64,000 bases of DNA from an uncultured virus (IMG/VR IMGVR_UViG_2667527573_000005) (Duplodnaviria > Heunggongvirae > Uroviricota > Caudoviricetes): positions 62,001 through 126,000 of the IMG/VR virus record IMGVR_UViG_2667527573_000005; one strand, given 5' to 3'. Within the stretch, counting starts at the first letter, position 1, and each line of letters opens with the position of its first letter. Made by a program: the position numbers and the translations under genes. Below, one piece after another: positions 38,485 through 48,500 of this stretch. The notes below the pieces were generated by a model. The model was not told the origin of the DNA, did not search any database, and worked only from the letters and a program-made list of their open reading frames with translations.

Positions 38485-38853
38485 GTGGAGTTGTTGACAG
38501 AAACGACTGAAAATGTCGTAATCACGATTCCAGACAAAACTTCATTTACTTTTCACGACTCTGCAACAACCGCATCAGAAGGTGAAGAATTTGTGGTGGG
38601 TCATTTTCGGGAACTTACTGTTAAGATCTCTGGTTCCTCTACTTCTAGGGAATTAAAATTCTTTTCTATTGATGAAAATGGTGAAAAAACGGAGTTGGGA
38701 GCAACGAACAAAACAGACTTTCAATTAGGAACAGGTACTCTAAGTACCAATGAGAATTGGGATATTGATATCGCTGGTCTGTATAAAATTATGGTTGAAC
38801 TGATCTCAGTTAATGGTGGAGATGTTACAGTGAAAGGAATTGCAGTTAGCTAA
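38485..38853 (+). CDS. yomS: YomS, XepA-related phage protein
   Basis: MTETTENVVITIPDKTSFTFH...GEEFVVGHFRELTVKISG. Confidence 0.75.
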   Translation: MELLTETTENVVITIPDKTSFTFHDSATTASEGEEFVVGHFRELTVKISGSSTSRELKFFSIDENGEKTELGATNKTDFQLGTGTLSTNENWDIDIAGLYKIMVELISVNGGDVTVKGIAVS

Positions 38854-40097
38854 TGAGTAGCAGCAAATTTGTAGGACAACTTAAACAAAACAACATACAA
38901 ATCAACAATCTTAAAGATTCCCTATCACGTACTGAAAAACATATGACTGATTATGAAACAGAATTGTCTAAAGAGATTAATTCGTTTATGGAAAGACAAA
39001 ATTTCGAGCTTAAATCACACACTGAAGATATAAACAATCCTCACAAGGTTACTAAAACACAAGTCGGCCTCGATAAAGTTTTAAATGTGGAGCAAGCTTC
39101 AAAAACAGAGTTTGACTTACATGCCTCAGACATTGAAAATCCGCATAATGTCACAGCTACTCAAATTGGACTTAGTAATGTTCTAAATGAAAAGCAAGCT
39201 ACAAAAGTTGAATTTGATGATCACGTTAAAAATTTATCTAACCCCCATTCTGTAACAAAAGAGCAGATAGGATTAGGGAATGTCACTAACGTTGAACAAG
39301 CCAGTAAAATAATTTTCGACAGTCATGCTTCTGATAAGACTATTCATGTTACAGTAGATGATCGAAACAAATGGAATACTGCCGAGGCTAATGCCAAAGC
39401 CTACACAGATGTCCATGCTGCGGACACTGTCAAGCACATTACTGCTGCTGAGCGTACGAAATGGAACGGTTCTCAATTATCAAAAATTACCTCAGATCTT
39501 GGCGGTGTGTCAATCGCCGCGAATGAAGGAGAGGACATACTCAAAAAAATAGTTGATCAAGGTCGGACAATGGGTACCTTCTACGCGCACGGAAAAGCGA
39601 TTAATGCTCCTTCAACAGCTTCTACAAGAGGAATATTTCATCTTACAGGCCTTGCTTCTGATGGGAAAGGTATGTATGGATGGGTTTATGCTACAGATTA
39701 CAAGAATAATGTCTTTACAAACTACTATGACGGCAGCACAACATATTGGCAGGGGTGGAAAAGATCTTTAAACACTGATGACTTATTGTATTCATACGCA
39801 AATATAACACTGAAGAATGGTGCGACTGCAGGCACGCGAACTCCAACTTACTCGAAGAATGGAGGAGTTTTATTATTAAGAGGGCATGTAGTAGCTCCGG
39901 CTGGAGGTATCTTCGGAACTATCCCGACCACACACGTCCCCACCGGTGGTGCAGTAGTTAACGTCTCAGTGAGTGGAACTTCAGGTTATGCGAAACTTAT
40001 TATCTATGAAAATGGGGACTTGAAAATCACGGATGTCGTCGCAACTGACTCTAACGCGATTACTGGCTATTGGTTGGACGTTCCTGTATCAATTTAG
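38853..40097 (+). CDS. yomR: YomR-like tail fibre protein
   Basis: Three NPHxVTxxQxGL repeats, HxxDxxxHxTxxER repeats, knob-like C-terminus. Confidence 0.8.
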   Translation: MSSSKFVGQLKQNNIQINNLKDSLSRTEKHMTDYETELSKEINSFMERQNFELKSHTEDINNPHKVTKTQVGLDKVLNVEQASKTEFDLHASDIENPHNVTATQIGLSNVLNEKQATKVEFDDHVKNLSNPHSVTKEQIGLGNVTNVEQASKIIFDSHASDKTIHVTVDDRNKWNTAEANAKAYTDVHAADTVKHITAAERTKWNGSQLSKITSDLGGVSIAANEGEDILKKIVDQGRTMGTFYAHGKAINAPSTASTRGIFHLTGLASDGKGMYGWVYATDYKNNVFTNYYDGSTTYWQGWKRSLNTDDLLYSYANITLKNGATAGTRTPTYSKNGGVLLLRGHVVAPAGGIFGTIPTTHVPTGGAVVNVSVSGTSGYAKLIIYENGDLKITDVVATDSNAITGYWLDVPVSI

Positions 40098-40110
40098 AAG
40101 GAGATTTGAC

Positions 40111-40401
40111 ATGCGCCAAGTCTATATGTATGACGAAAATTACATGTTTGTTCAGCCGGTAATTATCGAAGATATTGACGAAACTGGTAACTACACCATT
40201 CCAAATAATTGTACTACAATTCAGCCCCAATCATTATACAAAGCAAAATTTAATCCTGAAACCCAACAATGGTTTGAGTCAGCAACACAGGAGTATATTG
40301 ATAGTCTGAAGCCACCTCCCCCAGTTCCAACAGATTTGGATAAAGTTAAGCAGCAATTGGGCGACTTGACATTTCAACTCATGATGGGAGGCTTTATTTA
40401 A
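40111..40401 (+). CDS. yomQ: YomQ-like tail fibre assembly protein
   Basis: ATG after AAGGAG; MRQVYMYDE...CTTIQP..LYKAKF...WFESAT. Confidence 0.7.
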   Translation: MRQVYMYDENYMFVQPVIIEDIDETGNYTIPNNCTTIQPQSLYKAKFNPETQQWFESATQEYIDSLKPPPPVPTDLDKVKQQLGDLTFQLMMGGFI

Positions 40402-40553
40402 TGAATTGGTACGAAATAATTAAAGATTATTACAATGATGGAAACGGGGTTTGGGACGAATACCGAGTTAAGCAAGCTGTTATCAAAGGAAAAATCACAC
40501 CCGAAGAATACAAAGAAATAACCGGAAAAGATTACATTGAAGACGAGATGTAA
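40401..40553 (+). CDS. XkdX-family protein (50 aa), YomP position
   Basis: Hand-translated MNWYEIIKDYY...AVIKGKITPEEYKEITGKDY. Confidence 0.8.
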   Translation: MNWYEIIKDYYNDGNGVWDEYRVKQAVIKGKITPEEYKEITGKDYIEDEM

Positions 40554-40571
40554 ATGTGATAATTTGTATTT

Positions 40572-41411
40572 ATGAATATATTAAAAAACTTAATAATTGT
40601 ATTTCTAATCGTCCTAGGCGGATGTTCCACCACTTCCCACTCTTCTGTTAAAGGGTCGGCAAAAATTGAAAATCCTCCCATTAGTAATTACACCCCACTG
40701 ATTATTGCTCACAGAGGAGCGTCTGGTCTAGAACCAGAACATACCTTATTATCTTACAAACGAGCAATTAAAGATAAGACAGATTTTATAGAAATTGACC
40801 TGAGACAAACTAAAGATGGCAAGTTAGTCGCAATACATGATAAGGATGTTAAAAGAACAACTAATGGAAAAGGAAAAGTACAGGAACTGACTTTGTCACA
40901 ATTGAAAAAATTCAATGCAGGTAAAGGTCAAAAAATATTAACAATTGAAGAGATTATCAAAGAATTTGGTCTCTCGACCAATTATTACATTGAAACCAGA
41001 GAAGATAATAATGGCAATTTAGTAATGGAACAGGAACTTGTCGATATACTGAACAAATATAACTTAATCGTTAAACATAAAGTTGTCTTACAGTCTTTTA
41101 GCGAAAAGAGTTTAAAGAAGTTACACTCAATAAATAAAGATATTCCCCTTGTTCGTCTAATTGGTGATGAAGAGGTGAAAAGTTTAACAAGGGATACTCT
41201 AAAAGATATCAAAAAATATGCTTATGCAGTTGGCCCTAACGCTAAATTAGTTGATGAGTCAGTTGTAAAGAGAGCCCACGATGCAAATCTAAAAATACAT
41301 GTGTTCTTTGATGCAGAAAATGAGAGAAAGCTAACCAAGAAAATGCTTGGTTTAAAGGTTGATGGATTGTTTACCAATGATCCAGCTTATACTCTAAACG
41401 AGCTAAAATAA
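40572..41411 (+). CDS. Glycerophosphodiester phosphodiesterase lipoprotein (GlpQ-like moron)
   Basis: Lipobox LGGC; IAHRGAS, PEHT, EID, IHD, IETR, QSF, VDGLFTN. Confidence 0.92.
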   Translation: MNILKNLIIVFLIVLGGCSTTSHSSVKGSAKIENPPISNYTPLIIAHRGASGLEPEHTLLSYKRAIKDKTDFIEIDLRQTKDGKLVAIHDKDVKRTTNGKGKVQELTLSQLKKFNAGKGQKILTIEEIIKEFGLSTNYYIETREDNNGNLVMEQELVDILNKYNLIVKHKVVLQSFSEKSLKKLHSINKDIPLVRLIGDEEVKSLTRDTLKDIKKYAYAVGPNAKLVDESVVKRAHDANLKIHVFFDAENERKLTKKMLGLKVDGLFTNDPAYTLNELK

Positions 41412-41430
41412 AATCATATTGAAGTTTTCC

Positions 41431-41458
41431 AAGACACCCCTTCTTGCGGGTGTCTTTT
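41431..41458 (+). terminator. Intrinsic terminator after GDPD
   Basis: AAGACACCC...GGGTGTCTT-TT. Confidence 0.7.
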
Positions 41459-41489
41459 GTTATGAAGAGGATAAAAAGGAGGAAATAAA

Positions 41490-41978
41490 ATGGCATCAAA
41501 AAAATTGAATTTAGGTTTAATCGAGGAAAGCGTCAGTAAATATGACAAGAAAGAAAAAGTCCAATTAACTGATGAGACGCATGTGTTTATTTATCCACAC
41601 TTCTCCCCTTCTCGGTTAACAAAAATGTTAACAGGATTGATATCAGATCCACAAGAAGCAAAAGAAGCAGGTATCAAATCCTTCGAGGATATAAATCAAG
41701 TTCATTGGGCATTCTTTTCACTAATCAAAGAATTTACAGACCTAGGCATTCCAAATGACATTAAAAATAAAGTCAAATGGTATCTTAAACTGGTAGACTC
41801 AGAGTACTTCCCTTTGATTATTAATAGCTTCCCTAAAGAAAGCTTAGAAAAGCTGGGGGAAGCCACTGTAATGCTTCAACAAAATATAGATGAGCTATCT
41901 AAAAAATCTCAGGAAGAAGCAAATAATCTAATTCTTCAAAAGGTAGAAGAAATTGAAAGCAGTGCTGTCCCACAATGA
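41490..41978 (+). CDS. yomO: YomO-like putative tail assembly chaperone
   Basis: 162 aa, synteny. Confidence 0.65.
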   Translation: MASKKLNLGLIEESVSKYDKKEKVQLTDETHVFIYPHFSPSRLTKMLTGLISDPQEAKEAGIKSFEDINQVHWAFFSLIKEFTDLGIPNDIKNKVKWYLKLVDSEYFPLIINSFPKESLEKLGEATVMLQQNIDELSKKSQEEANNLILQKVEEIESSAVPQ

Positions 41979-42397
41979 TGGCGAGAAACATTAAGGAAAT
42001 CAAGACGATGATTGAAAAAAATGCAATTCAATCAATACATAAATCTTCCTCTAATGTGAAACAAATCATGATGGAAACAGGCCAAGAACATGTTGATGAA
42101 GATGTTTATGGTGCATATAATCCCCTTCTTTATGAACGCACAGGACAAATTAAAGATGCTTTTATAACCACCAATGAAAGCAACGGGGTGTCATTGGACA
42201 ATATTAGAGAGGATGACGGGAAAGACGTTGCTACAGTCATTGAAACCGGTCAGGGTTATACATACCCTGATTCATATGGGTATGGCTATGGTAAACCTCG
42301 TCCTTTTATGAAGAATACCGCTGAGACCCTAAAAGATGGACGATTAACTGCAGCGCTAAAAAAAGATTTAATGGCAGATGGAATTAAAACAGACTAA
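41975..42397 (+). CDS. yomN: YomN-like tail completion protein
   Basis: YERTGQ...IETG...KPRPFM (HK97 gp10-like pattern). Confidence 0.7.
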   Translation: MMARNIKEIKTMIEKNAIQSIHKSSSNVKQIMMETGQEHVDEDVYGAYNPLLYERTGQIKDAFITTNESNGVSLDNIREDDGKDVATVIETGQGYTYPDSYGYGYGKPRPFMKNTAETLKDGRLTAALKKDLMADGIKTD

Positions 42398-42410
42398 TGG
42401 CGGTGAATTA

Positions 42411-43412
42411 ATGGCCAAATCAATTGAAAAGAATATGCTCAGGTCTCGAGCAATAAAACTCCCCGAGATCACGGAGTCAATGTGGGAGCAAGTAGATGAA
42501 GAGCACAGAAGCTTGGTTCAAGAGTTTTTAGATGCTCACTCATTTAGAGATAAAACACGAAAACAGTATTACTCCTCCCTCCGCCAATTCTTTTGGTGGG
42601 TACATACCTCTCTTAACGGCAAAAAACTTTATAAGATCTCAAAGCGTGATTTCATTAGGTATCAAAGTTTCTTAAAAAATCGCGGAATGTCTTCCAGTGG
42701 GATTGCATTAAAAAAAGCTGGTGTATCATCATTAAACAACTATATTGAAAATGTTGTTGCAGAAGATGATGAGAATTATGAGAAATTCAGAAACTTCACC
42801 CGTGGACTCCCAGCTATTCCAAAAACCACAACATATGAAAAAGTAAAGGTTACATATGATGATTATAAACTGATGATGGACGCCCTAAAAGAGGACGAAA
42901 ATTATTTGGGGATGGCATGGCTTGCTACTGCCTTTAATGTTGGCGGGCGAAGAGCAGAACTCATACAGCTAAAAACAGAAATATTAGATTATCCTATCCC
43001 CGAAGGTCAGTCATATGTGATGAGTCATAAGGTATTCGGAAAAGGTAAAGGTGAAGGAAAGCCTCTTGAGTACATGATTAACACAGAAGCATTGGAGTAC
43101 CTTCGATTGTGGCATGAAAAACGCGGTTATGACCATGAATACCTCTTCACTACTCAGTATGGCGGAGAGCCTAAACAGATGTCAGAGTCTTGGGCTGATT
43201 ATTTTTGCTCGGACGTTTTATCAGACATTCTTGGCCGGCGTATTAACCCTCACCTCTTCAAAGCTTCATGCATCACTTATCTCCTAGAAGTTAAGAAAAT
43301 CAAAATTGAATTGATAAGTAAATATGTAGCTCATCATGAAGATGTCTCAACAACAATTAAACATTATGATTTACGGGATTTTGAAGAAGAAAAGAATCAA
43401 ATATTTGTTTAG
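42411..43412 (+). CDS. yomM: YomM tyrosine recombinase/integrase-family protein
   Basis: SAM-like N-domain; GGRRAEL, GKGK, NPHLFK, AHH, KHYD. Confidence 0.85.
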   Translation: MAKSIEKNMLRSRAIKLPEITESMWEQVDEEHRSLVQEFLDAHSFRDKTRKQYYSSLRQFFWWVHTSLNGKKLYKISKRDFIRYQSFLKNRGMSSSGIALKKAGVSSLNNYIENVVAEDDENYEKFRNFTRGLPAIPKTTTYEKVKVTYDDYKLMMDALKEDENYLGMAWLATAFNVGGRRAELIQLKTEILDYPIPEGQSYVMSHKVFGKGKGEGKPLEYMINTEALEYLRLWHEKRGYDHEYLFTTQYGGEPKQMSESWADYFCSDVLSDILGRRINPHLFKASCITYLLEVKKIKIELISKYVAHHEDVSTTIKHYDLRDFEEEKNQIFV

Positions 43413-43622
43413 TTAAAATCCCTCTTTTATGCAGAATCAAAATCCTTCAGTTGAGGGATTTTGCTTATGTTTAAAAATCATGGGAAGAACTTTCATCTGC
43501 TTCATTCGCTAGCGCTCATCATTTTTCATCAGTTAAGACTTGAATTTTGTATTATTTTGGTATAAAATTTTTGTATACACAAAACCTATTCACAATTAAT
43601 ATGGTGTTAGAGGTGGTTTATT

Positions 43623-43805
43623 GTGAATAGAAAAAAGGAGAATGAGGACATGAACGCCACAGTATTTAATCATTGTAGTCCTTCTGAATCTTTAGAGCAA
43701 TCACTTAAAGAAATGAAACTTATGCGCGAAGGAAAAACAAAAAAGCGCAGCTATAAAGAAATTAGAGCGCAGATGAAAAAAGATATGGATGAGGGTCGAT
43801 TATAA
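43623..43805 (+). CDS. Putative antitoxin of RelE-type TA
   Basis: Small ORF (ESLEQSLKEMKLMREGK) immediately before toxin; own promoter-like region. Confidence 0.6.
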   Translation: MNRKKENEDMNATVFNHCSPSESLEQSLKEMKLMREGKTKKRSYKEIRAQMKKDMDEGRL

Positions 43806-44162
43806 TTGGACTATGAGGTAATCCCAACACAAGAATTTAATAAAAGACTAAGATTTTATATCAACAAAAAGAAATACAGAAAAATTTACGACGACATCGA
43901 TCCGATTATCGATGAACTCGCTAATGGCAACTTCTTAGGTGATGAAATTAATGGACTGGGATTACCAGATGAAGAATACAACTATAAAGTCCGAGTTGCA
44001 AATACTAGCGCTAAAGTTGGAAAATCCAATGGTTTTCGACTAATATATTATGTGGTCAAAGATGATAAAGAAATATATCTTTTAACAATTTATTCAAAAA
44101 AGGACAAAGAAAACATAACGAATAGAGAATTGAGAGACTTAATAAAGCTATATGTTGCTTAA
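43806..44162 (+). CDS. RelE/ParE(HigB)-family toxin
   Basis: YKVRV..GKSNGFRLIYY..IYLLTIYSKKDKENI. Confidence 0.85.
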   Translation: MDYEVIPTQEFNKRLRFYINKKKYRKIYDDIDPIIDELANGNFLGDEINGLGLPDEEYNYKVRVANTSAKVGKSNGFRLIYYVVKDDKEIYLLTIYSKKDKENITNRELRDLIKLYVA

Positions 44163-44193
44163 GTTGCTTTTGCTCCCTCTTCAGACTGAACTT

Positions 44194-44223
44194 AGAAAAC
44201 CCCACTGTGATGTGGGGTTTTCT
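44194..44223. terminator. Bidirectional terminator
   Basis: AGAAAACCCCAC-tgtgat-GTGGGGTTTTCT. Confidence 0.75.
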
Positions 44224-44225
44224 TA

Positions 44226-44636
44226 TTACCTTCCTTTACTATTGTTGTTTGAAAAGAATATGTAACCGATAGCTACAAATAATAAAATTCCTCCAATAAT
44301 CCCTACAAATTTCCCTAAAAAAAGATTTAATATTGTTGGAATTATAATCATTCCAATTAAGACAGTTCCAAAATAAAAAATACAGTCTCTCAGCTCTCCA
44401 TATTGAATCGCTCTAATTCCTTGTTTAAAAAAGTAATAAACGTTAAAGCAAGTAAGTCCAAATGCCAACACGAATGCTAATAAGGGTGGTAAGAAAAACG
44501 AGGAATCTTGAGATAGTTGATCCATAAAATCAGGAACTGAATTTATGGAAAATGCAGTGTAATGAATATACAAGAAGATTACGAATGCAACTAAATTTGC
44601 CAAACCAAGATAAAACGCCTTCTTATTGTTTTCCAT
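44226..44636 (-). CDS. Four-TM membrane protein (moron)
   Basis: RBS AAGGAGG, hydrophobic segments, opposite to late operon. Confidence 0.75.
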   Translation of the reverse strand: MENNKKAFYLGLANLVAFVIFLYIHYTAFSINSVPDFMDQLSQDSSFFLPPLLAFVLAFGLTCFNVYYFFKQGIRAIQYGELRDCIFYFGTVLIGMIIIPTILNLFLGKFVGIIGGILLFVAIGYIFFSNNNSKGR

Positions 44637-44821
44637 ACCTACCCTCCTTCCTTCAAAAGAACCTATGTTTGTATTACATCCAAGAAATTCACTTACAATT
44701 CTGCAATTTTCGACATTTTTCTAATAAATCTATTTCAGAAATAGAAAAGCTCCTTCTCCCTCCCTTTCATTAATAAATTTCTGTATTTCTGTGCTTGGAA
44801 ACCATGGTATAATGTAGGAAA

Positions 44822-45469
44822 ATGATACCGGTGGTGGCTATTATGGATCCAATGTATTGGTTTATCTTATTCTTATTATGTATTGTATTGCCAATCTCAA
44901 TTATTTGGGCAATTACATCTTCAATAAAGCAGAAAGAAAATAAAACAGCACATCAATATTCGAAATATAATTTACAGAAGCATGATATTGAGTTTCAAGC
45001 TGATCGTTACTATATTTCACCAGAAAATAATACTAAAATCTCTTTTAATAAAGACAAACAACTTTTCAAGCTTTATTCCAAAAATGGCGAAAATATTAGT
45101 GAGACATGTATACCATTCTCTAATGTAATTGAATCAACAGTTATTATCGATGATCAAACTATAGCTAAGGCTGAACGAGGTAACCAGATAGTCGGAGCTC
45201 TAATCGGTGGAGTAGTTGCTGGTGGAATAGGTGCTATAATAGGTGGGTCATCAGCCAATACAGTAAATCATAAGTATATCAAAAAAGTAGTACTTAAAAT
45301 AATTAATGACGATTTTAATTGTCCAAATTACTATATAAATTTCTTGCCTTTTAATGAAAAAGGATTTTTAAATTCTGATCCTGTTTGTATAAACGCTATT
45401 AAGGAAGTTGAATATTGGCAAAGTGTTTTTGAATTAGCTATTCATAAAGCAAGTAAAGTCGCTCAATAA
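44822..45469 (+). CDS. N-terminally anchored membrane protein (moron at yomJ position)
   Basis: TM helix, GALIGGVVAGGIGAIIGG glycine zipper, own TGGTATAAT -10, terminator 45455-45483. Confidence 0.75.
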   Translation: MIPVVAIMDPMYWFILFLLCIVLPISIIWAITSSIKQKENKTAHQYSKYNLQKHDIEFQADRYYISPENNTKISFNKDKQLFKLYSKNGENISETCIPFSNVIESTVIIDDQTIAKAERGNQIVGALIGGVVAGGIGAIIGGSSANTVNHKYIKKVVLKIINDDFNCPNYYINFLPFNEKGFLNSDPVCINAIKEVEYWQSVFELAIHKASKVAQ

Positions 45470-45522
45470 TTGGGTGACTTTTTATTTTGCCCTCTCCCCT
45501 ACTGAAAGGAAGTGATTCTTAC

Positions 45523-48500
45523 TTGAGTCAAAACCTCAAAATTATACTAACCCCACAAGCTGATACCTCATCTAAAACTGTCGAACAGTTAAATCAGCAA
45601 ATTAAATCTCTGGAAAAGAAACTCAACTCCCTCAAGCTCAATACGAATATTGATTCTACAACCTTAAAAGCTCTGCAAGAATTCTCCTCAGCTGTCGATG
45701 CATATCAGAAAAACCTAAAATCCTATAATCAAACAGTTAGAGAAACCTCAACAGTAATTAAGAATGCTGACGGATCGGTTGAAAAACTCACCCAGCAATA
45801 TAAGAAGAATGGTGAAATACTTCAACGCGAAACGAAAATAATCAATAATCGTAATACAGCATTAAAGCAAGAAACTCAAGAGGTTAACAAGCTTACACAG
45901 GCCACTGAGAAACTAGGACAGGTTCAAAAAAAGACTGTGCAGAGAAATCTGCAAGGACAACCAACAAAGGTTGTGCAGAAAAATCGCCACGGATTCGATG
46001 ATATTGTTTATACAACTGATCCTAAAACTAATTCGACCTCTTCAAAAACTACAACTAATTATGACCAACAAAGGAGAGCAATTGAGCAGCTTAAGCAAGA
46101 TTTAGAGAAGCTTAGACAGCAAGGTATTGTTACCGATACGACCATCTCATCTCTTGGTCGAAAAATAAACACAGCTCAATCTGCTCAACAAATTGAAGCA
46201 CTGCAAAATAGGATAAGGATGTTAGATGATAAATCTGCGGCAGTTGCGAAGAACAATGAATTAAAGAAAACTATTGAATTGTATCAGCGACAGGCGCAAG
46301 TGAATGTCCAAAACCTAAATACACGGTATGGCAGTTCAATGGGCTCTAGTAATAGACAAGCTGTTCAAGATTATTTGAATGCAGTAAATAGTCTTAATGT
46401 AAGCACTGGAAGCAATAATGTCAGATCACAAATTCAAAGCTTGAATATGCAATTTAGAGAATTAGCCTCCAGCGCTCAAGCAGCTGCTAACCAAGCCTCT
46501 TCTTATGGAGCAGAACTAACCCAAACCTTCAAAAGCATGTCTACCTATTTAATCTCCGGTTCTTTATTCTATGGGTCTATCTCTGGACTTAAAGAAATGG
46601 TATCCCAGGTTGTTCATATTGATACCCTAATGACGAATATTCGCCGTGTTATGGACGAACCTGATTATAAATTCAATGACCTTCTTCAAACTTCAATTGA
46701 TTTAGGGGATACCCTCTCAAATAAAATTTCAGATATCCTTCAAATGACAGGTGACTTCGGGAGAATGGGCTTTGATGAGAGTGAATTATCAACTCTTACT
46801 AAAACTGCTCAAGTTCTTCAAAATGTCTCCGATTTAACTCCCGATGATACAGTTAATACTCTTACGGCAGCAATGCTCAACTTTAATATTGCAGCTAATG
46901 ATTCAATATCAATTGCAGATAAATTAAATGAGGTTGATAATAACTATGCTGTTACAACCCTCGATCTAGCGAATTCTATCCGTAAAGCAGGTTCAACTGC
47001 TTCTACATTCGGGGTCGAGTTAAATGATCTTATTGGTTACACAACCGCAATTGCTAGTACAACACGTGAATCAGGGAATATCGTTGGTAACTCTCTAAAG
47101 ACAATTTTCGCACGAATTGGGAATAATCAAAGCTCAATTAAAGCGTTAGAACAGATCGGTATTTCTGTCAAAACAGCTAGTGGAGAAGCTAAATCAGCAA
47201 GTGATTTAATTAGTGAAGTTGCTGGTAAGTGGGATACGCTTACTGATGCTCAAAAGCAAAATACTTCAATTGGAGTAGCTGGTATTTATCAGTTATCCCG
47301 TTTTAATGCAATGATGAACAACTTCTCTATTGCTCAAAATGCAGCTACAACTGCTGCTAATTCTGCTGGCAGTGCATGGAGTGAACAAGAAAAATATGCT
47401 GATAGCTTGCAAGCAAGGTTAAATACACTTCAAAACAAGTTCACAGAGCTTGCTATAGCTGCTGGTGATGCATTTATTTCGGATGGGCTAATCGCTACTA
47501 CATCAGCTTTAGGTGATCTTCTTGGAGCTATTAGTTCTGTGGTCAAAGGTATTGGGTTCCTTCCAACTGCTTTTATGACAGCCAACTTTGCATTAGTTGC
47601 CTTTAATAAGAATATGAGACTCCTCCAGACTGCAATGGTATTTGGAGCAGGCTCACTAACTGAGACACAACGAGCTGCAATTGGGTTAGAGGCTGGAATG
47701 TCTAGAGCTACTATTGCCACAAGAGTCTTTTCAGTTGCCTGGAAAGGGATGCTTGCCTCCACTGGAGTAGGATTAGTATTTGCAGCGATTGGATTCGCTT
47801 TGGAAAAAGTCATTTCAATGTACTCCGAAGCTAAACAAGCTAGAGAAGAATTTGAAGCCAGTCAGAATACAAGCGTTGAGGCTATAACAACAAACAAAGA
47901 CTCGACTGATAAGTTAATTGCTCAATATAAAGAACTTCAAAAAGCAAAAGAATCAGGTACTTTAAGTTCTGAAAAAGAACAAGAATACCTTCAAGTAACA
48001 CAACAACTAGCTCAGACTTTCCCAAATTTAGTTGCAGGATACGATTCACAAGGGCAAGCAATTATTAAAAATAATGACGCCTTACAAGATGCCATCAAAT
48101 ATACACAAGAACTAGCCGATCTTAAAAAGAAAGATATTCAAACAGGTGCAAAAGACACTTTTTCTGATAGTTTGAAAGAAATTAAGAGTCTTCAGGGAGA
48201 AATTGATCAATATAAAAAGATGGCTGATACCTACTCCAAAGGTAAAGATTTCTGGTCATACTTCGAGTATCCCTTTGCAGATGACAGTTCAATTAAAAAT
48301 AAAGGAATTAAAGCTGAGCAAGAAGTTGTGAATACTTCACAGAAACTAGCTAGCTCACAGTCAAAAATTCGTGAGCAAGTGCTCCAAACTGTTGATGCTT
48401 TCAATTCAGTAAAGATCAATCCAAACCTCTCTAAACAAATTAATGATGCATTTAATAAAATTGATTTTAGCAAGATGGATCCTACAGAACTTGAGTCTTT

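Noticed and set aside
24749..44715. Spo0A-box-like TTCGACA at 24749 and 44709
   Set aside because: A 7-mer is expected several times by chance in 64 kb
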